64,000 nucleotides of DNA, from the NCBI GenBank assembly GCA_038227875.1, contig JBBRPR010000001.1, positions 32,001 through 96,000 on the forward strand. The letters run 5' to 3'. Position numbers and translations under genes: made by a program. Position 1 is the first letter of the stretch, and the number at the start of each line of letters is the position of its first letter. This DNA is from Planctomycetota bacterium (GTDB lineage: Bacteria; Planctomycetota; SZUA-567; H5-PLA8). Positions 8,865 to 18,113 of this stretch are shown here, in pieces. The notes below the pieces were generated by a model, which saw only the letters and a program-made list of their open reading frames with translations, was not told the origin of the DNA and made no database searches.

Positions 8865-10499
8865 GTGATACGACGACTAATCTCACGAATTCCCTGGCCG
8901 GCCATTCTCGCGCTGCCGTTTGTTCTGACGGCGGCCGTGATGCTGGCGGGCGCATTTTTGGGCTCGGGAGCGCTCACGGAATTCATCGACGACAATCCCG
9001 GCGCGCCGGCCGCCTTCGCGAACTCGCTGTTGGAGCATCCCGCTCAAATCCGCCTGATTCTTCTGGCGCTTGGCGCAGTCCTGACCTTGCTGGGCGTCGC
9101 CGCGTTGATTCGAAAACCGGGCACGCTGAAGATCGTTCGCGGCGGATTCTTCGCACTCTACGCACTGATGCTGGTCTACACCTTCTTTGTAGTGCAGGTG
9201 ACGCTGCGTGTGCAGGGCGCGCACATCAAAGTCGATGGCGAAGATTTGCAGGGCGTAAACCTGGTCAGCTGGCTGGTGAGCTTCTACTGGTTCGTCTTTC
9301 CGCTGGCGATGATCGCGGGGATCACGCAGTTGTACTCGCTCCGCAGCGTAATCGACCAGGCCTACGGGCGCGACAGCGAAGAACTTCCGACGAAGGGCGA
9401 CCGCATCTTCGAAACAATCTGGTCCCGTCGCGTGCGCAGTTACGTGTACAGCGCCACTGTACATGGCTTGTTCTTGCTGTTGCCGTTTCTGCTTGCGCTG
9501 ATCAATCAAAAAGTGGAAGCGTACTCCGTGCCCTTCGGCAAAGGCCTGGCCGACGCGGGCGGTGGAGGGAAGAAAGCGCCACCGCCGAAACCTCCGGCCG
9601 CAAAGAAGCCGGCGGGACGCAAGACCGTGAAGGTCAGCACGCGCGATCCGAAAAAGCTGAAAGGCGTAATCTTCAGCCCCAGCGCCGGCCGCGAGAATTC
9701 GACGGAAATGAAAGACGCCGCGCTGGCCGCGGATATTTTGAAAGAGACCACGCAGCAGTACAGCGCCGCGTCGCGATTGGGCGAAGGCACGGGCGTCGGC
9801 CCCTGCACGAAGGCCGGTAAGATTGGCGCCGGCGGGGTGGGCGAGGGCGGGTACCCGTGGGGCAAGAAGGGCGCGATCATTCGTTTCATCCGGCTGCAAT
9901 ACGACGGCGAAGGCTGGGATGATGGCATGGACGACAGCCGCGCGGACCTGAATTTCCTCGACTTCTTCCACGAGGTCGTTGGCTTCAAAGTCTCAACGAA
10001 GACCGAAGCGATCGGCATGCATACGCTCAAGGCGTTCCGCAAGGGTGAGGCGCCGCCGTTCGTGTTCATGAAGGGCGAAAGCCACATCGGCACGGCTCCG
10101 CCTGGGGATATCGCGACGCTGCGCGCGTACCTTCTGTCGGGCGGAATGGTCTTCGCCGACGCCGGGTGTCTCTCGTGGGGGCAGGACTTCGAACGCTTCA
10201 TTGCGCGCGTGCTGCCGGACGTGCCGCTGATTGAAATTCCCGACGACGATCCGATTTTCAAAGTTCCATACACTTTCCCCAACGGCGCGCCGCAGATGTG
10301 GCATCACGCCGGCACGCGCGCGAAGGGCTGCAAATACCAGGGCCGCTGGTGCGTCTTCTACCATCCCGGCGATGTCAGCGACGCCTGGAAAAACGGCCAT
10401 GACGGGCTGACGCAGGACAAGGCCGACGTCGCCTTCCAGATCGGGTTGAACGTCGTGTTGTATTCGTTCAATCATTACTACGAATTGAACAAGCCGTGA
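8865..10499 (+). CDS. Multi-TM membrane protein with SxxxH TM helix, Gly/Pro/Lys linker and C-terminal DUF4159 domain
   Basis: Four N-terminal hydrophobic helices, then YSATVHGLFLLLPFLLA, linker GGGGKKAPPPKPPAAKKP, and DUF4159-like FIRLQY..PPFVFMKG..LRAYLLSGGMVFADAG..IPDDDPIF..GLNVVLYS. Confidence 0.8.
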   Translation: MIRRLISRIPWPAILALPFVLTAAVMLAGAFLGSGALTEFIDDNPGAPAAFANSLLEHPAQIRLILLALGAVLTLLGVAALIRKPGTLKIVRGGFFALYALMLVYTFFVVQVTLRVQGAHIKVDGEDLQGVNLVSWLVSFYWFVFPLAMIAGITQLYSLRSVIDQAYGRDSEELPTKGDRIFETIWSRRVRSYVYSATVHGLFLLLPFLLALINQKVEAYSVPFGKGLADAGGGGKKAPPPKPPAAKKPAGRKTVKVSTRDPKKLKGVIFSPSAGRENSTEMKDAALAADILKETTQQYSAASRLGEGTGVGPCTKAGKIGAGGVGEGGYPWGKKGAIIRFIRLQYDGEGWDDGMDDSRADLNFLDFFHEVVGFKVSTKTEAIGMHTLKAFRKGEAPPFVFMKGESHIGTAPPGDIATLRAYLLSGGMVFADAGCLSWGQDFERFIARVLPDVPLIEIPDDDPIFKVPYTFPNGAPQMWHHAGTRAKGCKYQGRWCVFYHPGDVSDAWKNGHDGLTQDKADVAFQIGLNVVLYSFNHYYELNKP

Positions 10500-10528
10500 T
10501 GAACGCCGCATTTCCCGAGGGCAGTGCC

Positions 10529-13500
10529 ATGCCACGAACGTGGGTGTTGACCGTCGCGTGTTTGATTCTGGGATTCGCACGCGCTGGACTTTCCGAGGAA
10601 CTGGAGCTCGATCCGCAGCCGACGAGCACAGCCGCCGCCGAAGAGATCAAGGGCGGGATGCTTTTCCGCTTCGTACCGTTGAACAAGCCGACGGAAAATC
10701 TGGAGGAGCATCTCTTCTGGCGCACGTTCGAGGGCGCGGTGGCGGCAGAGGCCGCTCCGATCAAGCTGCTGATCGACAATCAACCCGTGATCGCGCCGAA
10801 AGAGATTACGATCAAGGACCGCGGCCAGGCGCTGCAGTACCCGCTGGAAGGGCACAAGGATCTGTCCAACGGCAAGCACGTCATCGTGCCCGGCGACATT
10901 GCCATCGTGATGACCAGCGGAAAAATCACGTCGGCTCATCCCGCAATCAAGTCCGACGAAAATGAAGTGCGCGTGCTCTGCGCGCCGGTGCGGTTGGAGG
11001 CGCTCGACGCCAACGGCGTCGCGGTGCCGACCTCGATCAATCTGTCCTTCGGCAAGGAACGGCTGCTGCGCAGCGTGGAGAAGTTTTCCGTACTGACGGT
11101 CTGGCTGCCAATTGGCGTGAAGTACGCCTCGACGCTCGGTAGCTTTTCGGTGGGCGCCGACGGCAAGGTGTCCGCACTTCCAGCGGAACTGGCCAAAGAT
11201 GTAACCGTAACACCCGAAGGATTGCGCCTGCTGGTCAGCACGCCGCCTGCGGCTCCGCCCCGGACGCAGACCTTGTCGCGGGTCTTCGCGCATCCGCTGC
11301 CCGGCGGCAAGGGCACCCTGAATTGCTACTTCAATCCGGTGGTGAAGCCCGGTGAGGCCGCGCGCGTCACGTTCTCAAAGAAGCAATTTGAGAGCGGCAC
11401 GGGCTCCGCTTTTGTCGCGAACGAATTTACCTATGCATTTCCCAACGGCTCGGGCGGCGCGTGTGGGGTGGAGAAAGCCGTCGCGGATGCAGCGTTGATT
11501 GCCTCCGAGCTGCAGATGGAGGCGGCCGAGCTGGTACAGTTGAAAATTCCCAGCCCGGCATGGACTGCGACCGGCGTGATGCCGTTCAAGATCGAAAACA
11601 AAAAGCTGGGCACGATTTCCCAGACGCTGGTCTACGCGGATCCCGCCGCTTCGCTGTACGTCATACCGCATCGATTGCGCTCGGTCTTCACGGATGCGGA
11701 AAATGCCGGCTTCACCGTGCTGCTCAAGCCGAACTTTCCCGGCGGGTCGGCGAACGTCATCTGCAAGAGCGACGCCGCCGACGCCAAGCCGCTGACTCTC
11801 GGTACGTTGCAGCTTCCCGCGGTGGCCGGGAAGCAATTCGATTCGCGGTTGTTCGCGATCAAAACGAGCGCGTTGCCGGCGGGCAATTACCAGCTCTGGG
11901 TGGAAGCCGGCGGGGTGGCGAGCAGCCGCGTGCCGCTCTCGATTGTCTCGTGGTACTTCCGCAGCCCGTTTCTCGTGCATGAAATGCCCGGTTGCGCGGG
12001 TGCCTGGCCCACGGACGACGAGGGCTTGAAAGTGCTTCAGGATGCCGGCGTCGAAATGATTTCCAGCGGCGGCTTTGGCAGCATCTTTAAGGCGAGCGAC
12101 ATGCCGGGAGTCGATCAGGCACTGGCCGCAGCGCTGCGTGACGAACTGGGAATGCCCGTGGAGACGGCGCAGCAGCGCTGCCCGGCGGACTTCGCGCTCC
12201 AGGACATGCTCAAGCACCACATCCGCATCATCGACTTCTATCCGCGCGGGGAGAATTTTTATCTCGAAGGGTTGTCGTACCATCACAGTTTCAAACCCAG
12301 CGTCGATCGCATGATCCGCCGCCTGCAGATCTTTACGCAACAGACGATGGATTACCCCTCGCTGTGGGGCATGAATTATTCGTGGTTCCCGGCGCTCTTT
12401 GGTTATTCGGAAGGCGGACTGGACACGGACATCCACAAGCGCGATCGCAACGCGGCGCTGGCGGCGAACCTGAAGCAGGCGGGCCTCGAAAATCTGACCG
12501 CCGACGAACGGAATTTTTATCTCGCCAACGCGTTCTCCGATGACGAAGCAAAGCGCGCAAAGTCGCTTGAGCTGATGCAGAAAGCCACGCGCTACTGGAA
12601 GGCGCAGATGGATTTCGGTTTCGGCCGGCACAACAAATTGTACAACGACGCCGTGCGTGACGTTCAGCCGGGCGCGGCCTGCGTGCTGTTTGAAAACGCG
12701 GGACACGACGAACTCAAGCGCACCCGCTCGCTGTTCAACGACATGACGGCGATGACATACGAAAGCTACAGCGACTATCCTGAGTGGCCGATGTCGTCCT
12801 CGTTCACGACCGACTGGGGTCGCGGTAACTTTCCCGGCCGGCCGCTGTGGGTCACGATGGATCCGGGTAACAGTTCCGAAGGCCAGATGAAAAGCTTGTT
12901 CCACGCCTTTGGCCGTGGCGCGGCCGGTGCGGGCACGGTGATCGTCGAGCCGCTGAACCTGCAGGAGATCAAACGCCGCACAAAGGGCCACCAGTTTGTC
13001 GCGCAGTACGGAGCGATCGCAACTAGAGGCACGCCCGATCACCGCTTCGCCATTCTCTCCACCGCCGCGCAGCAGGTTTTCGTGGGCCGCACGCAGTATG
13101 CCTATCATGCCATGTACTACCATCTCACGCGGCTGGGCTGCGCGCCGGTCATCGTCGACGATGAAGACGTTGGCAACGCCGGCATTCCCGCCGGCACGCA
13201 GGTCCTGTTCCTCGTCCGGCAGCAGCAACCGCTGGAACCCAAGGTCTTGAGCGCAATCAAGGCATTCACAGACAAGGGTGGCAAGGTCATCGTCACCGGC
13301 GATACGAAAGTGAAGATCGACGGCTCAATCGTCGCGGGCAACACCGTGAAAAATATTTGGGACCTGGGCGGCTTCGTTTCGCACCCGCAATTGTGGGAGG
13401 AGTTCGAAAAGAATTGGGAGAAGCCCTTGACCGAAGCGCTGGCGAAGGCTGGCGTTCCTCCCGCGGCGAAAACCGATCCGCACCGCGGCGTTGTGGTTTC

Positions 13501-16500
13501 AGTCGACAGCGGCTCGGTGCGCTATGTAGTCGTGATCTCGGATGAAGAAAATCAGTCGTGGGCGGTCTTCAAACCCAATCCAGCGCTCCCGGTTTCTCTG
13601 GAAGGGACCGGCTGGACCGTGCGCGATCTGGTGAAGCAACAGCTGCTGAAAGGCGCGGAGAAGGATGGCCGGACGGATGTCTCCGTCGATCTGATCACCG
13701 AGCCGGTGACCGTGCTGGCGCTCTACAAAGAAGCACCGTCGGCCGTGACCATCAAAGTCCAAGGCGATGTTCACGCTGGCGGCGATCTGGTGCTTAACAC
13801 GGAGGTGCTGGCCGGCGCAAAACCGCTGGGCGCGGTACCAATTCAGGTCGACATCACCGATGCCGCGGGCGTGGTCCGTTTCTCGGCGTACCGCGGCGCG
13901 GGCGACGAAATCCGCTGCGCCGTTCCCGGATTGGATGTGGCCGGAAATTGGACGATCAAGGTTCAGGAGCAAATCACCGGCGTCACCGCAACTGCGGCCG
14001 TCGCGGTCGGGGCGGCAGTGAAAGCCGAAGCCGCGCTGACGTCGGTGGGTGATGTTCATGTCGTCAACGCCGATCACCTCCATAAATTCATGAAGCGCAC
14101 CAGCGAAAAGCGAATTGTCGTGGAGCCGGGCCAGGAAAAGTTTCTGCCGGTCGCCAGGAAACTCGCCGATGACCTTACCGCTGCCGGAGTGAAGACGACG
14201 GTCTGGCAGACGAAGGCCGACGACTACGACACGCTGCCGATCCGCTGGTACCCGCGCGAAGACGAAGACGTGCCGCGCTGGAACCTGCTCAACGCCGGCA
14301 AGATGATCGCCGTCCGCGAGAACATGAAGCCGTACGTCGACACGGTCAACCGCGCACACATTCCGGAAAAAGGCGGCTACGGCGAAGTCAATCCGCCCTA
14401 CATGGTCGGCTTCGATTGCATTCTTTTCTCCGGTGGGCGACTCGCGGAAAGTCTTCGCGCGCAGACGCCATGGATGGAAACGCCGAACGTTCCGGGCAAG
14501 GGGCAGGGCCGCCTGGTCGTCTGCTTCAGTCCGTTTCTCGCCAATTTTAATGCGCTGGCGCTGGTGGCCAACGATGAGGCCGGGACGAGCAAGGCCGCTG
14601 CGGAATTGCTGAACTTTGCCAAACCCGCTGCTGCTGCAGTTGTGAATGCGCCGGGCGGAGAATGGAAGTCACTGACGCCAACGGTGGCGACGGCTCCCGT
14701 CGTCGAAACGTTCGCACCCTATTCGCCGCTGCGCCACGTTCGCAATCTCTGGGCGACGCGAGACGGCAAGACCGTGGTCTGCCTGGACAGCAAGAACGAT
14801 ACACTCGCGTTCGTCGATCCGGCCGGAAAAGTCGTCGCCTCGGTCGCTACGGAAGTTCAGGACCTGAAACATTCTCACATCGATGACGGTGGACGATTCT
14901 GGACCTGCACGTCCAAACACACGAGCGGCGAATGGTACATGCAGGAGTTGACGTTCCACTGCATCGGTCCTGACGGCACGCAGCACAGCGACTCGCCCGT
15001 TTACAATGGCAGCGTGTACTTCGACACGCTGCCCACGGATTACCCGGGCGGCTTCAATGTCGCGCCCAACGGCACGACAATGCTCCTGGGTCTGCGCGGC
15101 GGTTTTCAACTCGGTGATGTCGGCACGGCAAAATGGAACCGCTTCGCCGACGAACCTTTCGTGCCGGTGCGCGATGCGATCCGGCATCCGCGCTTCCCTG
15201 TCGGGTCGGCGTTCTCGCCGGATTCCAAATACGTGTTGCTGACGATGGACACACGGCCGCCCGGTTGGGGCGGCATGAATATGCCGGCCGAACATCCGTG
15301 CGCCAGTGCCACCTTTCTTTTCGATACGGTAAGCGAAAAAGTGCTCTGGCAACTTCGCGACGATGAGATCCGCAAGTCCACGTATGCGGTGCATACCGGT
15401 TTCGGCGCCGTCTCCCGCGACGGAAGCGTCGCGGCGATTGCCGACTACCGCGGCTCGGTTTACGTCGTCGATAAGACCGGCGCGATCCAACTACAGGAAG
15501 TAATCAACACGAAAATTCCCGAGCGCTTTGCTTCCGGCCCGATCGACGGCGTGGGAGTGTGGATGAGCGAATCGGGAAATCTGACGGCGGCCGCGTTTAA
15601 GAATCTGCTTCTGGTCATCAACGGCAAACACGTGGAACGCGTGAAGTTGCCGGCGATCGCCACCGGCTGCGTCAGTCGCGATGGCACGCTGGCGGTTGCG
15701 GCGCTGGAAAGCGGTGAGGTCGAGGCGTTTGATGCAGAAGGAAAGCCCAAATGGGTGTTCAATTCCAACGGCGTCGCCCCTTTCCTCGCTCCGGTGAACG
15801 ACAACAGCACTCTCGTGGCGACCAGTGAAGGCGATCTGGTGCTGCTCGACGCCGGCGGCAAGGAAGTGCGCCGCACGCACCTGCTCGAAACTACGGAGCA
15901 GGCGCGACATGAAGTGAAGAACGCGGCGGATTTCAAACCGGCAATCATGCCGCAGGCCTACCGCGAACCGGACACGCTGGACGTGGCGAAAAAATTGCTC
16001 GGCGCCAAGGCGATTGCCGCGTGGAAGCCCGCCGGGGCTGCCGTGGCGGCGTTCAATCGCACATTCTATCCCGCCACGGAGAAAATCACGCTGACCGGCG
16101 ATTCGCCGCGCGGCGAGGCTTTCCTGCATCTGGTCTACCGCCGCTTGCCGACAAATAAATCGCTAACCGTCGTCGTGCCGCTGGGCAAGGAAGGCACCGA
16201 AGTCTTCGATCTGGATCTGGAGACGCCCGAATACCGCGTGATCGATATTCCCGTGCAGGGCGTCAAGCCGGTGGTGAACGTGATTCCGACCGGCCCGACG
16301 GAAATCGCCGAATGCACGCTCTACAGCATGCAATGGCCCAGCCCCAATCTGGCGCTGGTCAAGCAAACGAAGACGATGGAGACCTCGCTGGAGCCCGACA
16401 AACTGGACGACACCGCCGATTCCGAGTCGAAGGCCGATGCCGCGCTGATGGAGCTTAAGGGTGAGGACGGCATCATTGGAAAAATGAAGAACTGCGCGAT

Positions 16501-16915
16501 CTTCGTGCCCAATCCGGACGTCGACAAAATCAGCGGGGCATTTCTACGGGCGGGCGTGGATGCATTGAAGATGGTCGACGGCAAACGTTTTGGAAACGCG
16601 CACGTTCCAGCGTGGAAGCCGGGCCTGCTCTTCATGGGCTCGTGGATGACGATTGATTTCGCCAAGCCGGTAACGATCAGCCTGGTGGCGACCTACGATC
16701 GCGCGCAAAAGCAATCGCTGGTGAATCAGAACATTGCCGTCTTTTCCATCGATGGAACGCGTGAAAAAGTGCTCAACGGCATCACGATCAATGACCAGTA
16801 TTGGTGCGTGTTCCCCACGCCCGCGCGCGAGGTAAAAACGCTCGGCGTGCACATTATTGCGCCGAAGGACGAAGGGCTGAGCGAGATTGAGGCGTATCAG
16901 AGTCTCGAGAAGTAG
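10529..16915 (+). CDS. Giant secreted multidomain protein (Ig-like, GH42/GH-A-like barrel plus trimerisation-like domain, beta-propeller, C-terminal discoidin-like)
   Basis: Signal peptide MPRTWVLTVACLILGFARA (alternative start GTG 10496). GATase-like segment AIKAFTDKGGKVIV, propeller repeats (GEVEAFDAEGKPKWVF) and discoidin-like end (WMTIDF..LSEIEAY). Confidence 0.75.
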   Translation: MPRTWVLTVACLILGFARAGLSEELELDPQPTSTAAAEEIKGGMLFRFVPLNKPTENLEEHLFWRTFEGAVAAEAAPIKLLIDNQPVIAPKEITIKDRGQALQYPLEGHKDLSNGKHVIVPGDIAIVMTSGKITSAHPAIKSDENEVRVLCAPVRLEALDANGVAVPTSINLSFGKERLLRSVEKFSVLTVWLPIGVKYASTLGSFSVGADGKVSALPAELAKDVTVTPEGLRLLVSTPPAAPPRTQTLSRVFAHPLPGGKGTLNCYFNPVVKPGEAARVTFSKKQFESGTGSAFVANEFTYAFPNGSGGACGVEKAVADAALIASELQMEAAELVQLKIPSPAWTATGVMPFKIENKKLGTISQTLVYADPAASLYVIPHRLRSVFTDAENAGFTVLLKPNFPGGSANVICKSDAADAKPLTLGTLQLPAVAGKQFDSRLFAIKTSALPAGNYQLWVEAGGVASSRVPLSIVSWYFRSPFLVHEMPGCAGAWPTDDEGLKVLQDAGVEMISSGGFGSIFKASDMPGVDQALAAALRDELGMPVETAQQRCPADFALQDMLKHHIRIIDFYPRGENFYLEGLSYHHSFKPSVDRMIRRLQIFTQQTMDYPSLWGMNYSWFPALFGYSEGGLDTDIHKRDRNAALAANLKQAGLENLTADERNFYLANAFSDDEAKRAKSLELMQKATRYWKAQMDFGFGRHNKLYNDAVRDVQPGAACVLFENAGHDELKRTRSLFNDMTAMTYESYSDYPEWPMSSSFTTDWGRGNFPGRPLWVTMDPGNSSEGQMKSLFHAFGRGAAGAGTVIVEPLNLQEIKRRTKGHQFVAQYGAIATRGTPDHRFAILSTAAQQVFVGRTQYAYHAMYYHLTRLGCAPVIVDDEDVGNAGIPAGTQVLFLVRQQQPLEPKVLSAIKAFTDKGGKVIVTGDTKVKIDGSIVAGNTVKNIWDLGGFVSHPQLWEEFEKNWEKPLTEALAKAGVPPAAKTDPHRGVVVSVDSGSVRYVVVISDEENQSWAVFKPNPALPVSLEGTGWTVRDLVKQQLLKGAEKDGRTDVSVDLITEPVTVLALYKEAPSAVTIKVQGDVHAGGDLVLNTEVLAGAKPLGAVPIQVDITDAAGVVRFSAYRGAGDEIRCAVPGLDVAGNWTIKVQEQITGVTATAAVAVGAAVKAEAALTSVGDVHVVNADHLHKFMKRTSEKRIVVEPGQEKFLPVARKLADDLTAAGVKTTVWQTKADDYDTLPIRWYPREDEDVPRWNLLNAGKMIAVRENMKPYVDTVNRAHIPEKGGYGEVNPPYMVGFDCILFSGGRLAESLRAQTPWMETPNVPGKGQGRLVVCFSPFLANFNALALVANDEAGTSKAAAELLNFAKPAAAAVVNAPGGEWKSLTPTVATAPVVETFAPYSPLRHVRNLWATRDGKTVVCLDSKNDTLAFVDPAGKVVASVATEVQDLKHSHIDDGGRFWTCTSKHTSGEWYMQELTFHCIGPDGTQHSDSPVYNGSVYFDTLPTDYPGGFNVAPNGTTMLLGLRGGFQLGDVGTAKWNRFADEPFVPVRDAIRHPRFPVGSAFSPDSKYVLLTMDTRPPGWGGMNMPAEHPCASATFLFDTVSEKVLWQLRDDEIRKSTYAVHTGFGAVSRDGSVAAIADYRGSVYVVDKTGAIQLQEVINTKIPERFASGPIDGVGVWMSESGNLTAAAFKNLLLVINGKHVERVKLPAIATGCVSRDGTLAVAALESGEVEAFDAEGKPKWVFNSNGVAPFLAPVNDNSTLVATSEGDLVLLDAGGKEVRRTHLLETTEQARHEVKNAADFKPAIMPQAYREPDTLDVAKKLLGAKAIAAWKPAGAAVAAFNRTFYPATEKITLTGDSPRGEAFLHLVYRRLPTNKSLTVVVPLGKEGTEVFDLDLETPEYRVIDIPVQGVKPVVNVIPTGPTEIAECTLYSMQWPSPNLALVKQTKTMETSLEPDKLDDTADSESKADAALMELKGEDGIIGKMKNCAIFVPNPDVDKISGAFLRAGVDALKMVDGKRFGNAHVPAWKPGLLFMGSWMTIDFAKPVTISLVATYDRAQKQSLVNQNIAVFSIDGTREKVLNGITINDQYWCVFPTPAREVKTLGVHIIAPKDEGLSEIEAYQSLEK

Positions 16916-16967
16916 ACCCTGGTTCAAATTTGTACCAGATTCGGGGAGCGTGGCAGTGAATGTACGA

Positions 16968-18059
16968 ATGATCATCTTTCTCGGGCTGGGCTGGATCACC
17001 ATGACGATGCACGTTTCAGCGCTGGAAACAATCACTGCGACCGACCGGATTGTCTTTGTCGGCGATTCAATCACCGATGGCTTTACCTGTCCCTTGCTGG
17101 TCCAGCAGGCCCTGTCCGAGGCCGGAAAACCCGTACCGAAGCTGATCAACGCTGGCGTCGGCAGCGACACCGCGGAGATGATGGCCAAGCGCATCGAGCG
17201 CGATGTGCTGCCGCAACGCCCAACGCTCGTTTTCCTGAGCGCCGGTGTTAACGACGCGATTCGCAACGTTTCCGTGGAAGCGTATCAGAAGAGCATTAAA
17301 TCGATTACCGCGCAGCTGCAGAAGGAAAACATCCCGATCGTCATTTTCACAGCGACAATCCTGGGTGAGCCAAACGCGGACAAGGAAAAACGCATCGATG
17401 AATTCAACGTTTTCCTACGCGCGTTTGCCGCGGAATCCGGTTACCGCGTCGCCGATGTCAACGCGTTGATGCAGGCGGCACGAAAGTCCGGCGACCAGGG
17501 CATGATCATGACCGATCACGTGCACCTGACGTTCCACGGTTACGAATTCATGGCGCGCGCCGCACTGAATTCGCTGGGGCTAGGCGACCTGAGCGTGCCG
17601 ACGGAACTTAAACCGCCGCCATACTCCGGGTTGATCAAGTCCTGGAAATTCCGCACGGCCAAAGACGCGTTGACCGACCAGACGATCCGCGACGTCACCG
17701 TCGACGGCACCTGGAAGTCGTACGAACTGCCAGAAAAGCAACCCGTAACGGAGAGCTGGTGGACCGAGCACGAACGGCAGCGCGGCACGGCCGTCTCGGT
17801 CGAACGCGAATTCGGAAAGTCGCCGCGGTACATTGGCGTGACGGAACTTGAGGAGAAAGCGCCACGCAGCGTGACGTTCCACGTCGGCGCGGCGCTCGAC
17901 GCCATCTGGCTTAATGGTCAGCGCATCTACAAAGCCTCTGACTGGCGCGGCTGGCATCTGGACCGCGAACGCGCGTCGGCGGAACTGAAAGCCGGACGCA
18001 ATCAGCTCGTGATCGAGACCTGCGGACAGTTCATTTTAACGATGGATGATGGAAAATGA
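16968..18059 (+). CDS. SGNH/GDSL hydrolase with C-terminal beta-sandwich (galactose-binding/PA14-like) domain
   Basis: All four SGNH blocks present: VFVGDSIT, NAGVGSD, GVND, DHVH. Hydrophobic N-terminus. Start could be 16957-17001. Confidence 0.88.
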   Translation: MIIFLGLGWITMTMHVSALETITATDRIVFVGDSITDGFTCPLLVQQALSEAGKPVPKLINAGVGSDTAEMMAKRIERDVLPQRPTLVFLSAGVNDAIRNVSVEAYQKSIKSITAQLQKENIPIVIFTATILGEPNADKEKRIDEFNVFLRAFAAESGYRVADVNALMQAARKSGDQGMIMTDHVHLTFHGYEFMARAALNSLGLGDLSVPTELKPPPYSGLIKSWKFRTAKDALTDQTIRDVTVDGTWKSYELPEKQPVTESWWTEHERQRGTAVSVEREFGKSPRYIGVTELEEKAPRSVTFHVGAALDAIWLNGQRIYKASDWRGWHLDRERASAELKAGRNQLVIETCGQFILTMDDGK

Positions 18060-18087
18060 CCTTCTGGCAAATTTGCCAGAAGGTCAT
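18056..18087. terminator. Perfect 32-bp palindrome between convergent genes (possible bidirectional terminator or REP-like hairpin)
   Basis: ATGACCTTCTGGCAAA|TTTGCCAGAAGGTCAT overlaps the SGNH stop codon. No clear U-tract. Confidence 0.6.
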
Positions 18088-18113
18088 CATCGATAAATCG
18101 AATTGCGTCCGAA

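Noticed and set aside
2..10499. Direct assignment as myxobacterial Agl-Glt gliding machinery
   Set aside because: Only analogous parts (motor, TonB-like, TPR, vWA) are present. No recognisable Glt outer-membrane barrels or FHA-TonB GltG.
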